NCBI GenBank assembly: GCA_902596665.1
Contig: CACJUN010000001.1
Location: 323,680-387,679 of the forward strand
DNA from: an uncultured SAR86 cluster bacterium
GTDB taxonomy: Bacteria; Pseudomonadota; Gammaproteobacteria; Magnimaribacterales; AG-339-G14
Direction: 5' to 3'
Length of the DNA stretch: 64,000 nt
Shown here: positions 39,519 through 49,526 of the stretch, piece by piece
Layout of the letters: every line of letters starts with the position of its first letter
How positions within the stretch are numbered: the first letter of the stretch is position 1
The notes under the pieces: generated by a model
Told to the model about the DNA's origin: nothing
The model's input: the letters and a program-made list of their open reading frames with translations, nothing else
Databases searched by the model: none
Position numbers and translations under genes: made by a program

Positions 39519-40454
39519 CTAATTATTAAAAACTACTTTAATACTGCCAGAATTTTTATCATCAGCTATACGAAAGGCTTCTTTGGCATCTTCCAGATTA
39601 AATCTGTGAGAAATGATAGTTTTTCCTATATCTGTGTTTTGAGATATTAATTTTGCTGCAACAGAAAAATCTCTTACCCCATTCGTAGAACTGTACATAA
39701 TAGAAGGAAATACTTGAATTTCGTTCATGATCATTCTCATTCCAGGTAAATTTATCCCGTTCAAAGGAATTCCCAAAAGAATGACCCAGGATCCAGGTTT
39801 GGCAGTTTTTGCAGATAATTCTAGGGTTTGATCATTTGCGACACAATCAACTACCCGATCATATTGTCCTGATAATTCTCCTGCTCCTAATTTAAGTCCT
39901 GCTTCCTTTTGATGATCATACTTTGCATACAGATCAACATGACAGCCTAAATGTTTAGCAGCAAGAACAGTACATAAACCAATTGTGCCGCCTCCAATAA
40001 CTGCTACTTTATGTCTTTCGTTTGTATTAGTTTTTATTAAGCCATGAAGGGATACTGCCAATGGTTCAACAAGACATCCATCTTGCAAAGGAACTTTCTT
40101 ATCCAGCTCAAACAAGCAATGTTCAGGAACAAGTATTTGTTCAGCCATCCCCCCATTTGATGATATGCCTAGACCCTCAGAATTATTTTTGCAAATATGA
40201 TAGTCACCTTTATGGCATAAATCACAATCCCAACAAGGAATGATAGGTTCAATTGCAACATGCTTACCATTAGGAGTTATCCCAGCTATTTCGTGTCCTG
40301 CAACGTGAGGGGAATGTGCTCCTGAATGTAATAAATGTAGATCACTACCACAAATTCCAGCCGAAACGATATCAACTAAAACACCGTCACCTTTTGGAGT
40401 TGGTGCGTTAGCGTTAAAGTTTACCTTTCCCTGTGCATATGAAACAGCTTTCAT
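39519..40454 (-). CDS. zinc-binding alcohol dehydrogenase family protein
   Basis: 311 aa with GICGSDLH and GHEIAG zinc-ligand motifs and GGGTIG NAD binding. Confidence 0.8.
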   Translation of the reverse strand: MKAVSYAQGKVNFNANAPTPKGDGVLVDIVSAGICGSDLHLLHSGAHSPHVAGHEIAGITPNGKHVAIEPIIPCWDCDLCHKGDYHICKNNSEGLGISSNGGMAEQILVPEHCLFELDKKVPLQDGCLVEPLAVSLHGLIKTNTNERHKVAVIGGGTIGLCTVLAAKHLGCHVDLYAKYDHQKEAGLKLGAGELSGQYDRVVDCVANDQTLELSAKTAKPGSWVILLGIPLNGINLPGMRMIMNEIQVFPSIMYSSTNGVRDFSVAAKLISQNTDIGKTIISHRFNLEDAKEAFRIADDKNSGSIKVVFNN

Positions 40455-40465
40455 GATCGAAGTGA

Positions 40466-40855
40466 TTACAATCTTTTAATCGCACATAATTTGTTTCCAG
40501 ATGGATCTCTTAGATAAGCTAAATAAATTTTAATCTCTTCGTATTGTCTGATTCCGGGTGGCTCTTCAATGGATACTCCACCATTTTCTACACCAACCTT
40601 GTGCCATTCATCGCCCATAGCTTCATCTTTTATATTAAAACCTATAGTGGATCCGTTACCTGAAGTGGCAGGTTGATTATCGATAGGTTCAGAAATACAA
40701 AAGGTCATTCCTTCTAAAAAATAAAAAAATCTTTTTTGACCTGTTAAATTTGGAAACAACCTACCTTCATCTGCACCTAAAACCCCCATGACTTTATCGT
40801 AGAATTTTTTTGATGCTTCTATATCGTTAGCACCCACCATTACATGACTAAACAT
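40466..40855 (-). CDS. VOC (glyoxalase/bleomycin-resistance) family protein
   Basis: MFSHVMVGANDIEASKKFYDKVMG is a typical VOC N-terminus. The start is taken at 40855; the track start is 40903. Confidence 0.7.
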   Translation of the reverse strand: MFSHVMVGANDIEASKKFYDKVMGVLGADEGRLFPNLTGQKRFFYFLEGMTFCISEPIDNQPATSGNGSTIGFNIKDEAMGDEWHKVGVENGGVSIEEPPGIRQYEEIKIYLAYLRDPSGNKLCAIKRL

Positions 40856-40931
40856 AATATCCTCCGTGTAACTTAAATTGACATAAAGAAAATGAATAAT
40901 CAATATGTAAAATCAACTAATCAGTGAAGTA

Positions 40932-42392
40932 ATGGGAGATTCAATGATTTATAAAAATACACATGAATTAATCGATTTAATTAGGGATAAAGAGATAACT
41001 TCAGTAGAAATTCTAGAAAATTTATTATCTCAAATAAATGCAAAAAACTCTGATGTAAATGCCGTGGTTACTCTGGATGCAGAGACAGCTATGGATAAAG
41101 CCAAAGAGGCTGACAAATTAACTGAGCAAGGAAAATCTTTAGGTCCTTTGCACGGCATACCGATGACCATAAAAGATGCATATGAAGTTGAAGGCATGGT
41201 ATCTACTGGAGGAGATCCAAATTGGAAGGATAACGTTCCCTCTAAAAATGCTGAAGCAGTTCAACGATTAGTTAATGCGGGAGCAATAATTTTTGGAAAA
41301 ACAAACGTACCGTATCACTCAGCTGATATTCAAAGTTACAACGATATTTATGGAGTAACAAACAATCCATGGGATTTGGAAAGAACTCCTGGAGGATCTT
41401 CTGGTGGATCAGCAGCAGCACTCGCTGCTGGTATGACTCCACTTGAGCTTGGATCAGATATAGGAGGTTCAATTAGGACTCCTGCTCATTTTTGTGGAGT
41501 GTTTGGGCATAAACCTTCCTACAATATTGTCTCAGAAGTTGGACATCTACCTCCTCCACCCGGCTTTATTCTGACTGGAAATGGATTATCAGTAGCTGGA
41601 CCATTAGCTAGAAGTCCAGAAGACCTTGAAATAGCAATGAATGTTTTGGCAGCACCTCAAGGTCAAGATGAGATAGCTTGGAGTATTAAGTTACCAAAAC
41701 CTAAAGTGACTGATATAACTAAACTTAAAGTTGCAGTTTGGCCTGAGGAAAAATCAGCAGAAGTTGATGAAGAAATAAACAAGTTAATCAGTGATACGGC
41801 AGAAGATTTGAGATCAGCAGGGGCAAAAGTGGAAACAGTTTCGCCTCCTTTTACTTTTGATGAAGTAGATGACTTATACAGTAAATTGGTGCACCCAATT
41901 ATGTCTGCAGGTGGAGATAAAGAAACTCTGGCAACTGCAGATGCTTTAGCTGAAGAGTTGGATGATTCAGACTTATCTGAGCTTGCAAAAATTACCAGAG
42001 GCGTTTCTCTGAGGGCGAGAGATTACGTTGTTAACAATGCAAGAAGGCATTTTATTAAGCAGAAATGGTTAAAGTTTTTTGAAAATTATGATGTGATGCT
42101 ATCTCCTGTTTGCGCTGTTCCTGCGTTCAAACATAATCATGATCCTTTAATTGAAAGAACCATTAATGTTAATGGAAAAGAAAAGCAGTATTGGCATACT
42201 ACCATCTGGGCAGGGCCTGTTGTTACAGCCAATTTACCTAGTACAAGCACTCCAATTGGGCTCACTTCGAGTGGTTTACCTGTAAATCTTCAAATAATTG
42301 GTCCCTACTTACATGACTTAACGTGCATTGGGGTAGCAAAAATGATTAGAGATCTGAGAGGAGGATTTAGGATTCCTCCCAACTTTCAATAA
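40932..42392 (+). CDS. amidase (amidase-signature family)
   Basis: 486 aa with the GGSSGGSAAALAAG signature and catalytic Lys context (MTIKD). An alternative ATG lies at 40944. Confidence 0.85.
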   Translation: MGDSMIYKNTHELIDLIRDKEITSVEILENLLSQINAKNSDVNAVVTLDAETAMDKAKEADKLTEQGKSLGPLHGIPMTIKDAYEVEGMVSTGGDPNWKDNVPSKNAEAVQRLVNAGAIIFGKTNVPYHSADIQSYNDIYGVTNNPWDLERTPGGSSGGSAAALAAGMTPLELGSDIGGSIRTPAHFCGVFGHKPSYNIVSEVGHLPPPPGFILTGNGLSVAGPLARSPEDLEIAMNVLAAPQGQDEIAWSIKLPKPKVTDITKLKVAVWPEEKSAEVDEEINKLISDTAEDLRSAGAKVETVSPPFTFDEVDDLYSKLVHPIMSAGGDKETLATADALAEELDDSDLSELAKITRGVSLRARDYVVNNARRHFIKQKWLKFFENYDVMLSPVCAVPAFKHNHDPLIERTINVNGKEKQYWHTTIWAGPVVTANLPSTSTPIGLTSSGLPVNLQIIGPYLHDLTCIGVAKMIRDLRGGFRIPPNFQ

Positions 42393-42395
42393 TTA

Positions 42396-43172
42396 TCATT
42401 TATACCAATCTAAATAAGATCCCATTACGGAAGAGAACTCCTCTTGCTCTGATAGATTGAGTAAATGATTAATGGATTTAGGATGAGTATCTTTGATATC
42501 TTGAGAAATTATATTGAATCCCTGTTTTTTTAAAATTTCTTGATATTTTCCTTCCCTTAAAAATTGAGAAAAATCACAAACATAAGAAATATCAGCCAAA
42601 GTTAAACAATCCCCTGAGATATATTCTGATTTAGAGAGAGCTGATTCAATTCCATCTAAATAAAATTCATAAGCTGACTTCATTCTGTCGTAAGTATATT
42701 CACTTAAAGATTCAATAGAGAGGATATAGACTTGGTGCTCTCTAGAAAAAACTAAATTTGCATCTAAAAAACTATCAATTCTTGAACTTAAGGATGGATC
42801 GTTTTTACCGTAGAGAGAGTCTGAGTTACCTAATCTTGCTACCGACCTCATAATACTGTTAGATTCAAAAACTCCGACTTTATCATCACCTACAAAAGCC
42901 GCGGGAACGGTTCCAAATGGATGAGCTTCTAAAAATTCGTCCGTCTTGTAAAGATTTCCTGAAAATCCTCTTTTTCCTTTTCGAGCGTGTGGACTAACTG
43001 ATTTTTCATTATCAGATAGAGCTTTAGCATCGTAATCCCATAACCAATTAGCAAGATTTTTTGGTTTATCTCCTATTACTTCAACATCTACGTTTGTAAA
43101 TTTTGCAGTAATTAAAGACTTCCAAACCCTTGGATTAGGTAGATAGGAAAAAATTCTTATTTTTGAAGTCAT
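42396..43172 (-). CDS. glutathione S-transferase-like protein
   Basis: 258 aa. A thioredoxin-like N-terminal region and a helical C-terminal region (LTLADISYVCDF) resemble GSTs. The call is weak and motif-level only. Confidence 0.5.
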   Translation of the reverse strand: MTSKIRIFSYLPNPRVWKSLITAKFTNVDVEVIGDKPKNLANWLWDYDAKALSDNEKSVSPHARKGKRGFSGNLYKTDEFLEAHPFGTVPAAFVGDDKVGVFESNSIMRSVARLGNSDSLYGKNDPSLSSRIDSFLDANLVFSREHQVYILSIESLSEYTYDRMKSAYEFYLDGIESALSKSEYISGDCLTLADISYVCDFSQFLREGKYQEILKKQGFNIISQDIKDTHPKSINHLLNLSEQEEFSSVMGSYLDWYK

Positions 43173-43174
43173 AA

Positions 43175-43753
43175 TTATTTAAGCTGTTTAAGAAAAAAAT
43201 GTTTCCGACATAAAGAAACATAAGATTCATTCCCTCCGATCATTATTTGATCGCCTTTTGTAATAATTTTTCCATCCTTTGAAACTCTAACAATCATAGT
43301 AGCTTTTCTTCCGCACCAGCATATTGTCTTAATTTCTTTAATATTATCTGCCCACGCTAAAAGAAATTTACTGCCTTCAAACAGCTCACCTCTAAAATCA
43401 GTTCTAATACCAAATGTCAGTACAGGAATATTTAAATTATCAGCAATTTCAGATAGTTGTTTGATTTGCTTTTTTTTTAAAAATTGGGCTTCATCAACTA
43501 AGACACATGAAATATTCTTTTTATAATTTTCTCTATGAAATAAATCTAATATATTTGTACCCTCATCAAAGATTTTTGCTTTTTTTGTAAGTCCTATTCT
43601 TGAGGTAATATTGCCCTTGCCTGATCTATTGTCTTTTTTTGATGTGATAAGAAGAGTATGCATCCCTCTTTCTTGGTAATTATGACTAGCCTGGAGCAAT
43701 GCCGTAGATTTACCAGCATTCATTGATGAATAATTAAAATATAATTTAGCCAA
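43175..43753 (-). CDS. tdk: thymidine kinase
   Basis: 192 aa with P-loop MNAGKST, VDEAQF and a C-terminal Zn ribbon C-x-C..C. Confidence 0.9.
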   Translation of the reverse strand: MAKLYFNYSSMNAGKSTALLQASHNYQERGMHTLLITSKKDNRSGKGNITSRIGLTKKAKIFDEGTNILDLFHRENYKKNISCVLVDEAQFLKKKQIKQLSEIADNLNIPVLTFGIRTDFRGELFEGSKFLLAWADNIKEIKTICWCGRKATMIVRVSKDGKIITKGDQIMIGGNESYVSLCRKHFFLKQLK

Positions 43754-43788
43754 GTCTAAAAGGTTAAAAATACAATATAATTGAATTA

Positions 43789-44409
43789 ATGAGTTTTTAC
43801 GAAAAAAAAATATTGCCTAAGGTTCTTGATTTGCTTTGCGGATCATCCCCTATTAATTATCAGAGAAAAAAAATTGTTCCTAAAGTAAGTGGCAATGTTC
43901 TTGAAATTGGAATTGGCTCTGGATTAAATCTTCCGCATTACAACGTATCTAATATAAGCAACATAACTGCTTTAGATCCAGCAGAAGAATTAACTGATAT
44001 CGCAAAAAAAAGAATTTCTGAATTAGACCTTGATATTGATGTAATAAACTGTGGAGCTGAAGAAATTCCACTAGAATCAAAATCCTTTGATTCAATACTT
44101 GTTACTTATACCTTGTGTTCTATTGAAAACTTAGACGATTCGATGAAGGAAATAAGAAGAGTGATGAAGGATGATGGAACTCTATTTTTCTGTGAACACG
44201 GGATTGCTCCTGACCTAAAAACAAAAAATTGGCAAAACAGGATAAATCCTATCTGGAAAAGGTTAATGGGTGGATGCAATATCAATAGGGACATACCTGA
44301 AATAATTTCTAACTCAAAATTAGAAATTGTAGATTTAGAGACAATGTTCCTTCCAGGCACACCTAGGATTGCTGGTTTTAATTATTGGGGAACAGCCAGA
44401 ACCAACTAG
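43789..44409 (+). CDS. class I SAM-dependent methyltransferase
   Basis: 206 aa with motif I VLEIGIGSG and post-I/II spacing typical of the Methyltransf_11 type. Confidence 0.75.
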   Translation: MSFYEKKILPKVLDLLCGSSPINYQRKKIVPKVSGNVLEIGIGSGLNLPHYNVSNISNITALDPAEELTDIAKKRISELDLDIDVINCGAEEIPLESKSFDSILVTYTLCSIENLDDSMKEIRRVMKDDGTLFFCEHGIAPDLKTKNWQNRINPIWKRLMGGCNINRDIPEIISNSKLEIVDLETMFLPGTPRIAGFNYWGTARTN

Positions 44410-44411
44410 AT

Positions 44412-44792
44412 TTAATAAATCAGACATCTGTAAGTAATTTGGCTTTTGTGCTTACCTGAGTCAAATGTTTCCTTTAACTCTCCCTTTTCAATATTCAGCA
44501 TCAAATTCCAATTGCCATAAGAATTATTTAAATTGGCAATTTTTTTATTAGCTTTAATAAATTTTTTACTCTTTCCTGTTATTTTGTATTTCAAAGGTGT
44601 CAGTTTAAATTTTTGAGGGTATTTTAGAATTTCATTTTTTTTAAAATCTATTTCATAAATTAATACCATCCTAGTCTGGTCAATGGTTTTTTTTCCTTTC
44701 TCGTAATGGATACTTTGAACATTCTCACAATTTAATTTCATATCCATTGAAAAAAGAAAGGGTGTGAATAAAAGAAGAATTAAATATTTCAT
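44412..44792 (-). CDS. small secreted hypothetical protein
   Basis: It has a signal peptide (MKYLILLLFTPFLFS) and is Lys-rich with 2 Cys. I recognise no family. The start is taken at 44792; the track start is 44828. Confidence 0.4.
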   Translation of the reverse strand: MKYLILLLFTPFLFSMDMKLNCENVQSIHYEKGKKTIDQTRMVLIYEIDFKKNEILKYPQKFKLTPLKYKITGKSKKFIKANKKIANLNNSYGNWNLMLNIEKGELKETFDSGKHKSQITYRCLIY

Positions 44793-44805
44793 TCCTAAAA
44801 TCCAA

Positions 44806-45777
44806 CTAAACGCCCTCTGAATTACCAAATGTCTTAGTAATATCTGGTCCCCATTGCATTCCTGCAGCTTCTGAAATGTCTATTACTCCTGGTTTTATTT
44901 GATTGTCAAACAAATCACCATCAGTTTGATGTTCATGAACGTGTCCATAGGGAGAACGCCAATAATCGAAAATTTGACTTCCTGCATAGTGTCTTCCTAT
45001 ACCCCATTCATGTTTATAACTTTTATCTTTTAGAGCTTCATGACCTAGAAAAATGTCATCCACTTCAACAACTTCATAGGCGCAGTGATTTAATCCACTT
45101 TTGAGATCTGATGAAAGATTACTCTGCAGTAAAAATGAATGATGATCAGTTAATTTTTTTCCAAGATCACATCTACAAAATAAAGCTACATAAATACCAG
45201 AGCCTTTACCAAGTTCCACTTTATCGGAAGGAATAAGACCTAAATGTTTGTTATACCAATCAAAAGAAACGGATGGATCACTAACGTTGATTGCTAGATG
45301 TCCCAGTTTTTTTATCTTAGAACTTCGAGGCTTACCAACTCTTCTTGGTTGGTTTTTTCTTGGGCTAGTTTCTTTTCCAATTCCTCCAGAATTAAATGGT
45401 TCTGCAATGAGATCTTTCTTATTAAACTTTTTCGTTTTCATGCCAAATATCACTTCAACTTTTAAGCCATCTGGATCGAGGGCTTCAACCACAAAACCTC
45501 CTCCCGGAGATTTTAATTTTTTTACTTCGCTGAAATCTTCTGACTTAGATAATTTATTTAAGTCGTTTATTGATTTTGCATAAAAAGCAGAACCAATAAA
45601 TTTCTTTTTTCCTTTTTTTGTCTTGTGTATAAATTTATGTGGACCCAATCCTTGCATGTAAAGTTCAGTATTAGTCTTTTTTGTAGTAACTAATCCAAAA
45701 TCTTTAAGAAATGCTTCCTGCTTATTTAAACTTGGTACTTGCAAAATAGGGTATGCAACATCTATAACTTTAATCAT
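44806..45777 (-). CDS. two-domain VOC family protein, extradiol-dioxygenase-like
   Basis: 323 aa with two glyoxalase-type repeats (LGHLAINVSDPSVSFDWY; H..H..E ligand candidates). Confidence 0.7.
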   Translation of the reverse strand: MIKVIDVAYPILQVPSLNKQEAFLKDFGLVTTKKTNTELYMQGLGPHKFIHKTKKGKKKFIGSAFYAKSINDLNKLSKSEDFSEVKKLKSPGGGFVVEALDPDGLKVEVIFGMKTKKFNKKDLIAEPFNSGGIGKETSPRKNQPRRVGKPRSSKIKKLGHLAINVSDPSVSFDWYNKHLGLIPSDKVELGKGSGIYVALFCRCDLGKKLTDHHSFLLQSNLSSDLKSGLNHCAYEVVEVDDIFLGHEALKDKSYKHEWGIGRHYAGSQIFDYWRSPYGHVHEHQTDGDLFDNQIKPGVIDISEAAGMQWGPDITKTFGNSEGV

Positions 45778-45800
45778 CTTTTTATTCTAAAATATTTTAA

Positions 45801-47264
45801 ATGTCCGACAAAATTTTTGATATTGGAATTATTGGTTACGGTCCAGTAGGTGCAACTTTATCTGCCTTACTATCCTCACTTGGGCTTAGTGTAGTTGTTA
45901 TAGAAAAAAATGAGGGAGTTAGTCCAACCGCAAGAGCAATTAACACTGATTCTGAGCAACTAAGAACATTTAATTTTCTTAATATTGCATCTAAAATTAT
46001 TTCTAATTCGAGAAAAGTCCACAGAGTTCATTTTACAGATTCAGAGTTCAATCCTTATTCAACGATTAATGTTCCCAAAGAAGATATTTTAGGGTGGCCT
46101 CCTACTCTTCTTTTTTACCAACCAGAACTCGAGACCATAATTAGAACAAACAATAGAAAATACAAAAAGTTACAAATTTTAGAAAATACTGAATTAATGA
46201 ATGTTGAGAACACAAATCCCATAAAATTAAATATTAGAAATTGTAGAGAATATTCATCAATTTATTGTAAATATCTTATTGGTTGTGATGGTGCAAATAG
46301 TTTTGTTAGAAAACACATTAAAGCAAGTTTGATTGATTTTGGTTTTGATCAAGATTGGATTGTTATCGATGCTCATACAACAAAAAAATTAAGTATTTCT
46401 AAGAATGAAGTGCAGCAAATATGTGATCCTAATCGATTAAAGACGTATGTTCCTGGCAGAAGAAATCATGAAAGATTTGAATTTAAGCTTCTAAAGGGAG
46501 AATCTGAAAAAGATTTCACAAGAAAGAAAGTATGGGAACTTTTATCTCCTTGGATAAATAGAAATAACAGCAAAATAGAAAGAGCTGTGGTTTATAAATT
46601 TCATGCCTGTATTGCAGATAAATGGAGAGATAAAAATATATTTATTGTAGGTGATGCTGCACATCAAATGCCTCCATTTCTTGGTGCTGGAATGGGAACA
46701 GGTATAAGAGATGCATTTAATTTAGCCTGGAAAATTTTTTTAGTAATAAAAGGCAAGGCTGGTGAGAACCTTCTTGAAACTTATCAACTAGAAAGAGAAC
46801 CTCATGCAAATTGGACTATTCAACAAGCTAAAATAATTGGTGAAATGATGGAGCAATATTCTTATAGAGAAAAAGGAGAAAAATATATTCCCTCTAATAC
46901 CGGCTATGGTGAAGTTTTCCCTCATTTAACATATGGATATTATGGAGATCCAACTGATGGACTTATCGCAACTCCATTTTGTAGATTTAATTTAGATGGT
47001 TCTAAAAAAGATAGCGATGGATATTTTGGATGGGATTTTGGATTGATTTCCAAAAAAAAACTAACAAAAGAAATAGATTTAATTTTAAAAAAATTGAACA
47101 TTAAAGTTCTAATAGTCAATCATCCTAAACTTAAAAATTATTTCAAGGATGCTAACTACTTATTAATAAGGCCAGATAAATACCTATTTTCTAGATCGAA
47201 AACCAACTCGGAATTAAAGGAAGCTTTAAGTGAATTAGAAAAACAGTTTTCTCTAATTACATAA
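45801..47264 (+). CDS. FAD-dependent aromatic monooxygenase (MhpA/PheA-like)
   Basis: 487 aa with GIIGYGPVGA, GCDGANSFVR and GDAAHQMPPFLGAGMGTGIRD motifs. Confidence 0.8.
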   Translation: MSDKIFDIGIIGYGPVGATLSALLSSLGLSVVVIEKNEGVSPTARAINTDSEQLRTFNFLNIASKIISNSRKVHRVHFTDSEFNPYSTINVPKEDILGWPPTLLFYQPELETIIRTNNRKYKKLQILENTELMNVENTNPIKLNIRNCREYSSIYCKYLIGCDGANSFVRKHIKASLIDFGFDQDWIVIDAHTTKKLSISKNEVQQICDPNRLKTYVPGRRNHERFEFKLLKGESEKDFTRKKVWELLSPWINRNNSKIERAVVYKFHACIADKWRDKNIFIVGDAAHQMPPFLGAGMGTGIRDAFNLAWKIFLVIKGKAGENLLETYQLEREPHANWTIQQAKIIGEMMEQYSYREKGEKYIPSNTGYGEVFPHLTYGYYGDPTDGLIATPFCRFNLDGSKKDSDGYFGWDFGLISKKKLTKEIDLILKKLNIKVLIVNHPKLKNYFKDANYLLIRPDKYLFSRSKTNSELKEALSELEKQFSLIT

Positions 47265-48279
47265 ATTTTTGTTTTGAAAAATTTTCAAAAATTTTATTAA
47301 TGGTCCTAGTAATGGAAAAACTTAAGAATCTAGAAAATCTATCCTGCATATTTTTTTTAGGTTTAAAAGAAACTTCAAAAATATCAAATTTCTTATTTTG
47401 CTCGATTAAGTAAGAATCACTAGTCTGAATTTTATCAACTAAACCAACATCAATAGCCTCAATACCCTGCCAAACTTCTCCGGTAGCAACTTTATTAACA
47501 TCCAAGGTTGGACGATATTTAGCGACATGATTTTTAAATAGCTCATGAATATTTGCCAAGTCATCTTTAAATTTTTCTCTACCTTCGTCAGTATTTTCTC
47601 CAAACATAGTTATTGTTCTTTTGTACTCACCGGCGGTATGCATTTCATATTCAATGTTATTTTTCTTAAGCAATTTATTAAAATTTGGAACAGCTCCTAT
47701 AACTCCAATAGAACCAATAAGTGCGAATGGTGAAGCAATTATTTTATCTGCTATACATGCCATCATGTAACCGCCTGAAGCAGCAACCTTATCAATACAA
47801 ACAGTCAATTTAATTTTTGAATCTTTAAGACGAGATAATTGAGCAGCTGCAAGTCCATATCCTATAACTGTCCCTCCTCCACTTTCTAAGTTCAATACCA
47901 CTTCCTGGCATTTGGTATCTGCATTAAGGATTGATGATATTTCTTCTCTTAACTCTTCGACTTGAGATGCCTCAATGTCACCATTGAAATTTAAAACAAA
48001 AATATGTTTTCTAGAAACCTTTTCCTTTTTTTTGTTCTTATTTTCTTTTTTTATGTTTTTTTCTAAAACTTTTCTCTCTTTAGCTGATAAAACTGAAAGT
48101 TTTAAGTCATCAGCAGTATTAGCGTATTTAGTTGAGAGATTTTTAACACGCAACCCTCCAGAAGAAGAACCGGAACTAGATTTTATGGAACTAATAACAA
48201 TTAAAATCGGTATAACGATAGCTACGGCTACTGTAAGTGCTTTTAATAAGAAGATTAAATACTCAAATAAGATTTCCAT
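47257..48279 (-). CDS. sohB: S49 peptidase SohB
   Basis: 340 aa with an N-terminal TM helix and the ClpP/crotonase-fold S49 core VAASGGYMMAC. Confidence 0.8.
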   Translation of the reverse strand: MEILFEYLIFLLKALTVAVAIVIPILIVISSIKSSSGSSSGGLRVKNLSTKYANTADDLKLSVLSAKERKVLEKNIKKENKNKKKEKVSRKHIFVLNFNGDIEASQVEELREEISSILNADTKCQEVVLNLESGGGTVIGYGLAAAQLSRLKDSKIKLTVCIDKVAASGGYMMACIADKIIASPFALIGSIGVIGAVPNFNKLLKKNNIEYEMHTAGEYKRTITMFGENTDEGREKFKDDLANIHELFKNHVAKYRPTLDVNKVATGEVWQGIEAIDVGLVDKIQTSDSYLIEQNKKFDIFEVSFKPKKNMQDRFSRFLSFSITRTINKIFENFSKQKFM

Positions 48280-48282
48280 AAT

Positions 48283-49524
48283 TTATATAAAAAGACTGAC
48301 TACTGTTCCGGTTAGGCAGGAGGCAAGTGTAGCAGCAAAAAGTGCTCTGAAAGCAATTTTTAATAACGTGCCTCTAATATCTGGACAAATTGCTGAAAGA
48401 CCTCCAAGAAGAATTCCTACACTAGATATATTTGCAAAACCACAGATTCCGTAAAGCATAATTAACTGACTTCTTTCGCTTAATACATTTGTATCTAAAT
48501 CTCTCAAATCATTGAAAGCAATTAGTTCGTTAAAAATTGTTTTTGTACCAAGAAGGTTTCCAGCAGGAATAATTTCAGCAAAAGGTATTCCCATTAACCA
48601 TGCAATAGGAGCAAAAATAAAAGCTGCTATCCTTTGAAGAGATATAGGCTCGCCATATACGTTTGGAAAGATACCTAAAATAAAATCTGCCAAAGCTACT
48701 AAGCTTAAAAAAACAATAAGAGAGGCAATCACAGATAGGAACATATTTAATCCATCTTTTGTGCCAACGCTAATAGCATCCATTGAACTCTCATACATTT
48801 TCAAATCTTCTTTCGCTGTTTTTAATTCAGTTTGTGCAGAAGGTATCAATATATTCGAAAACATAATTGCTGCGGGAACGGATAAAATAGATGCAGTTAA
48901 AAAATGACCAATGACCCCAGTAAATTTATCATCTAACCAAGTAATGTATAAAACCATGACGCTTCCAGCAATAGTCGACATTCCGACAGTCATGATAATA
49001 AGCAAATCCCTCTGATTCATTTTATTCAAATAAGGCTTAATCAATAGAGGAGCCTCTAATTGTCCTAAAAATATATTAGCTGTAGCAGCTAGCCCAATAG
49101 GTCCTTTTGCATCTAAAGGTTTCTCAAATAATTTTGCTAAAAGCTTTATCAGAAAAGGTAATATTTTCCAGTGCCACAACAAAGCAGAAAGAGCTGATAA
49201 GAAGATTAACATTGGCAAGAAAGTAAATGCGAAGATTGGTAAATTCTGATTATTAGAAACTTCGAAGGGTGCTTCCCCTCCACCAAGATAACCAAAAACA
49301 AATGAGCTCCCTTCAATTGCTGATAATCGTAATGACTCAACAGCAATGCTCATTACGTCAAAAAAGGACGATATAAACGGTATCTCTAAAAGGATAAAAG
49401 CTAAAGATGTTTGAATTAATAAAGCATAAATTATGAATTTAACTTTTATTTCCTGAATAGATTCACTGAAAGGAAGAGCAATCAAAATTAATGCAACAAT
49501 TCCTATGAGTGATTGAATAATCAT
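48283..49524 (-). CDS. NupC/NupG-family concentrative nucleoside transporter
   Basis: 413 aa polytopic protein. The C-terminal CGFANISSVGILLGG motif is typical of CNT transporters. Confidence 0.8.
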   Translation of the reverse strand: MIIQSLIGIVALILIALPFSESIQEIKVKFIIYALLIQTSLAFILLEIPFISSFFDVMSIAVESLRLSAIEGSSFVFGYLGGGEAPFEVSNNQNLPIFAFTFLPMLIFLSALSALLWHWKILPFLIKLLAKLFEKPLDAKGPIGLAATANIFLGQLEAPLLIKPYLNKMNQRDLLIIMTVGMSTIAGSVMVLYITWLDDKFTGVIGHFLTASILSVPAAIMFSNILIPSAQTELKTAKEDLKMYESSMDAISVGTKDGLNMFLSVIASLIVFLSLVALADFILGIFPNVYGEPISLQRIAAFIFAPIAWLMGIPFAEIIPAGNLLGTKTIFNELIAFNDLRDLDTNVLSERSQLIMLYGICGFANISSVGILLGGLSAICPDIRGTLLKIAFRALFAATLASCLTGTVVSLFI

Positions 49525-49526
49525 TA

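Noticed and set aside
47975-48454. A 159-aa plus-strand ORF spanning the sohB 5' end and the nupC-family 3' end.
   Set aside because: It is antisense to two confidently called genes. Its composition (poly-F/L/S) is typical of reverse-frame reading of AT-rich coding DNA. The same reasoning applies to 1339-1671, 7948-8157, 8348-8560, 9926-10303, 21010-21372, 26697-26987, 27996-28388, 32385-32744, 45248-45583 and the other short antisense track ORFs.
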